NCBI RefSeq assembly: GCF_000008665.1
Contig: NC_000917.1
Coordinates: 1,770,001-1,802,000 of the forward strand
DNA length: 32,000 bases
From: Archaeoglobus fulgidus DSM 4304
GTDB lineage: Archaea; Halobacteriota; Archaeoglobi; Archaeoglobales; Archaeoglobaceae
Reading direction: 5' to 3'
The notes under the pieces were generated by a model. The model had not been told where the DNA came from. It searched no databases and worked only from the letters and a program-made list of their open reading frames with translations. Position numbers and translations under genes: made by a program. Below, piece after piece: positions 29,094-32,000 of the stretch (positions within the stretch are counted from its first letter, which is position 1; each line of letters opens with the position of its first letter).

Positions 29094-30158
29094 TCACTCC
29101 TCCACACCAAAAACCGACTCGTAAAGCAGCTCCACCACGTCAAGAACCTTAACGTCAGCCTTCTTAACCTTCACAGCATCCTCAAGCATCATCAGGCAGA
29201 AGGGGCACGCCACCGCCAAAAATTCGGCAGCAACAATCCCCGCCTCGTCAATTCTCTTGAGAGAGGGCCTGAATTCCACGTCCCTCACAATGTTCCCGCC
29301 TCCAGCACCGCAGCAGAGGGAGTTCTCCCTGTTCCTCAGCATCTCAACCAGCTCAATGCCGGGAATCGCCCTCAAAACTTCTCTCGGCTCCTCGTACAGC
29401 CCGTTGTATCTGCCGAGGTAGCAAGAGTCGTGGAAAGCTACCCTCGCCTCGATGACCTTTCTGAACCTTATCCTCGCCTCCTCTATTGCCTTAAGCAGAA
29501 TTTCGGAGATGTGATAAACCTCAAGCCCGTAGTCATTTTTGAAGGTGTTGTAGCAGTGTGGCGAAATGACAATCACCTTCTTAACCCCATACTCCTCAAA
29601 AGTGGCCATGTTCTCCTCCCTGAGCAGCTCAAAAAGCCCCTCCTCCCCAACAGCCTTAACGTCATTCCCGCAGCATCCCTCCTCCCTAAGAATGGCAAAG
29701 TTAACGCCAGCAGCCTCCAGAAGCTCCCCAGCCTTCCTTGCAACATCAGCAATCCTGTCATCCACAACCCCACAGCCCGCAAAGAGGAGATACTCGAACT
29801 CTCCTTCATCTGCAAACCTGAACTTCCCCTGATGCCAACCCCTTTTCTTGGCCTTTCCCACCCCAAAGGGATTGGCGAACTTCTGAATGCTCTCCAGCAT
29901 CTCTCTGACGTCTGTCGGAACTTTACCGCTCTCAATTACCCTGCTCCTCGCCTCAACGATTAAGTCAGTAATGGGAATGCCCCTTGGACATCTGTCCTGG
30001 CAAACGTGACAGGTGGTGCAGTTCCACAGCTCCTCGCTCCAGAAGTCATCTCCACTGGAAATGTAGCGGGCAATGAGCTTCCTGATGTTCATCGCATACC
30101 GCATGCTGCAGGATGAGCTGCACACCGCGCACTGCATGCAGGCTGTGAGAGAAACCAT
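29094..30158 (-). CDS. HdrD/GlpC-like iron-sulfur protein (two 4Fe-4S motifs plus two CCG domains)
   Basis: CMQCAVCSSSC and CTTCHVCQDRCP (Cx2Cx2Cx3C). The CCG domains are FAGCG...EGCCGND and HDSCY...NSLCCGAGGG. Confidence 0.85.
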   Translation of the reverse strand: MVSLTACMQCAVCSSSCSMRYAMNIRKLIARYISSGDDFWSEELWNCTTCHVCQDRCPRGIPITDLIVEARSRVIESGKVPTDVREMLESIQKFANPFGVGKAKKRGWHQGKFRFADEGEFEYLLFAGCGVVDDRIADVARKAGELLEAAGVNFAILREEGCCGNDVKAVGEEGLFELLREENMATFEEYGVKKVIVISPHCYNTFKNDYGLEVYHISEILLKAIEEARIRFRKVIEARVAFHDSCYLGRYNGLYEEPREVLRAIPGIELVEMLRNRENSLCCGAGGGNIVRDVEFRPSLKRIDEAGIVAAEFLAVACPFCLMMLEDAVKVKKADVKVLDVVELLYESVFGVEE

Positions 30159-30256
30159 AGTTTAACTACACCTGCAAAATAAAACAATTTAGGTTTAACA
30201 GCCCGTTGACATTAGCTCTTTTACCTCACATTTTTAGCAACTACCAAAAAGCAACC

Positions 30257-30664
30257 TCACCTTTTCACAATCCTTTCCAGCCTTCTAACAGCCTGCCTCA
30301 AATCATCCTCGTTGTCGAAGTAAAGAGTTCTGACTGAAAAAATCCCTGCCCCCTTCAGCCTGATAACTCTCCTCTCCTCATCCACCTCAAATCCCTCTAT
30401 ATCCTTCAGGTTCGTCTTAAAGGGCCTGTAGTAAACATAATCACCCTCGATGTAGTAGTGCCTCGGCTTTCCGAGCGTAATGATGGCGTAGAGGGAAATA
30501 AAGAGGGCAAATATAGCTGCCGCAATCAGCGACTTCCCAACCTCCGCCCCTCCAGCAATCTTGTAGGCGGTGTACCCGAATCCAGCCAGAACAATAAGGA
30601 GGATGAACGCGGTCCACTTTCTCCTTGCTGCAGGATTGTTCAAAGCTCTGTATGTCCAGATCAT
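30257..30664 (-). CDS. Two-TM membrane protein with a small C-terminal beta-rich (possibly bPH/DUF304-like) domain
   Basis: ATG 30664 overlaps the ahcY stop (ATGA); the track start is GTG 30673. TM segments [16 protein letters not shown] and [19 protein letters not shown]. Confidence 0.65.
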   Translation of the reverse strand: MIWTYRALNNPAARRKWTAFILLIVLAGFGYTAYKIAGGAEVGKSLIAAAIFALFISLYAIITLGKPRHYYIEGDYVYYRPFKTNLKDIEGFEVDEERRVIRLKGAGIFSVRTLYFDNEDDLRQAVRRLERIVKR

Positions 30665-31878
30665 GTCCCGCACCTCCAGTCGCTCAGATACCTTACCTGC
30701 TCCTCAGTAAGCTGGTCAATCTCAACGCCCATCGACTCAAGCTTCATTCTCGCAACCATTCTGTCAAGCTCTTCGGGCAGCCTGTAAACCTTCCTCTCCA
30801 GCTTCTGCCAGTTCTCGGCAATGTATTTAGCAGCTAAAGCCTGATTGGCAAAGCTCATGTCCATAACCTCTACTGGATGACCATCGGCAGCAACGAGGTT
30901 CACCAGCCTTCCCTCTGCGAGCAGGTAAACCCTTTTATCGCCCAGATCATACTCTGTTACGTACTTTCTCGCCTCTCTCTTCGCCTTTGCCATCCTCTCA
31001 AGGGCCGGGATGTCAATCTCAACGTTGAAATGGCCGGCATTCGCCAGAATCGCCCCATCCTTCATCAGCCTTATGTGCTCCTCCCTGATGATGTCCCTGT
31101 TGCCCGTAGCTGTGATGAAGATATCCCCGATTTTTGCTGCATCCTCCATCCTCATAACTCTGAATCCATCCATCACCGCCTCAAGAGCCCTGATTTCATC
31201 AACCTCCGTAACAACAACGCTTGCCCCCATTCCCCTCGCTCTCATCGCTATTCCTCTACCACACCACCCGTAGCCAGCTACAACAACAATTTTTCCAGCC
31301 ATCAGCAGGTTTGTGGCTCTGATAACTCCATCAATGGCGGACTGGCCAGTGCCATAGCGGTTATCGAAGAGGTACTTTGTGTAGGCGTCATTCACAGCAA
31401 TAACGGGGAATTTCAGCACCCCCTCCCTTTCCATCGCCCTGAGCCTTATAACTCCCGTCGTCGTCTCCTCGCTCGCCCCCTTCACCTTTTCAGCATAGCT
31501 CTCCATCTCGCCGTGAAGGAGGAAAATGAGGTCTGCGCCATCGTCGATGACTATATCCGGTTCAGCCCTTATAACATTCCTCAAGGCCTCGTAATACTCC
31601 TCAACATCCATCCCCCTCTTTGCGTAGCATGCAATCCCGCTCTCCCTCAAAGCATCTGCCACATCATCCTGAGTGCTCATGGGATTGCAGCCCGTAATCG
31701 CCACCTCAGCCCCAGCATCAACGAGAGTTCTAACCAGAACTGCGGTTTTCGCCTCAACATGCAAAGCCATGCCGACGGTAAAGCCCTCCAGCGGTCTCTC
31801 CTTCCTGAACTGCTCCCTTATCTTTCCAAGAACCTTCATGTAGCGCTCTGCCCACTCAATCTTCCTGAAGCCCTCCAT
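30661..31878 (-). CDS. ahcY: S-adenosyl-L-homocysteine hydrolase
   Basis: NAD motif [13 protein letters not shown] and conserved SAHH blocks ([37 protein letters not shown]). Confidence 0.97.
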   Translation of the reverse strand: MEGFRKIEWAERYMKVLGKIREQFRKERPLEGFTVGMALHVEAKTAVLVRTLVDAGAEVAITGCNPMSTQDDVADALRESGIACYAKRGMDVEEYYEALRNVIRAEPDIVIDDGADLIFLLHGEMESYAEKVKGASEETTTGVIRLRAMEREGVLKFPVIAVNDAYTKYLFDNRYGTGQSAIDGVIRATNLLMAGKIVVVAGYGWCGRGIAMRARGMGASVVVTEVDEIRALEAVMDGFRVMRMEDAAKIGDIFITATGNRDIIREEHIRLMKDGAILANAGHFNVEIDIPALERMAKAKREARKYVTEYDLGDKRVYLLAEGRLVNLVAADGHPVEVMDMSFANQALAAKYIAENWQKLERKVYRLPEELDRMVARMKLESMGVEIDQLTEEQVRYLSDWRCGT

Positions 31879-31881
31879 TTC

Positions 31882-32000
31882 TCACACCTTCCTCATAAAC
31901 TCCTCAATTCTGTCCTCAAGCTCAGAAAGCCAGTCTATACCTCCCGGCTTATACCTTTTCCTCGCCTCCCTGTCTCCCCTTATTATGGCCTCAACAGCCT
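31882..32000 (-). CDS. 3' end of an unidentified gene upstream of ahcY (5' part outside the window)
   Basis: Open frame on the reverse strand ends ..AVEAIIRGDREARKRYKPGGIDWLSELEDRIEEFMRKV*, 3 nt before the ahcY ATG. Too short to assign. Confidence 0.45.
   Translation of the reverse strand, partial: AVEAIIRGDREARKRYKPGGIDWLSELEDRIEEFMRKV

Overview
The window reads as core chromosome of a hyperthermophilic euryarchaeon, most likely Archaeoglobus. Gene order and products match my memory of the A. fulgidus region around hsp20, hemAB, PAN, ilvC and the single rRNA operon, but I cannot confirm that without a search. It is densely packed with about 39 protein genes, many joined by ATGA/GTGA overlaps and preceded by strong matches to the anti-SD of the 16S 3' end seen here (GGAGGTGATCC-type).

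Content, left to right:
- ROK kinase (partial), AMMECR1, a TPR protein, and Hsp20 with a CTAAC-N5-GTTAG heat-shock operator.
- NMD3, a Trm5/Taw2-type tRNA methyltransferase, hemB and hemA (86-nt overlap), PAN, MBF1, CutA and a nucleotidyltransferase.
- A minus-strand string: DtxR-like repressor, TroA/ZnuABC-type metal ABC importer, CcmC, and an untracked 37-aa CcmD-like ORF.
- ilvC, then a Csa3-like (CARF-type plus wHTH) regulator with an unknown partner.
- A GC-rich 16S-tRNA-Ala(UGC)-23S operon on the minus strand (about 15.8-20.5 kb) with long processing stems and no 5S.
- A CYTH enzyme and a long FKBP.
- A tightly coupled five-gene cluster (22.3-26.8 kb) encoding only exported, membrane or lipoproteins of unrecognised family. 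One has nine DxDxDG calcium-type loops. This is my best candidate for an undescribed system.
- An NSS transporter with an untracked 30-aa MetS-like ORF, vapBC with vapC frameshifted in an A6 run, an HdrD-like Fe-S protein, a small membrane protein, and AhcY.

I saw no CRISPR array, transposase, integrase or 5S rRNA. All functional calls come from reading motifs in the translations. No database search was possible.
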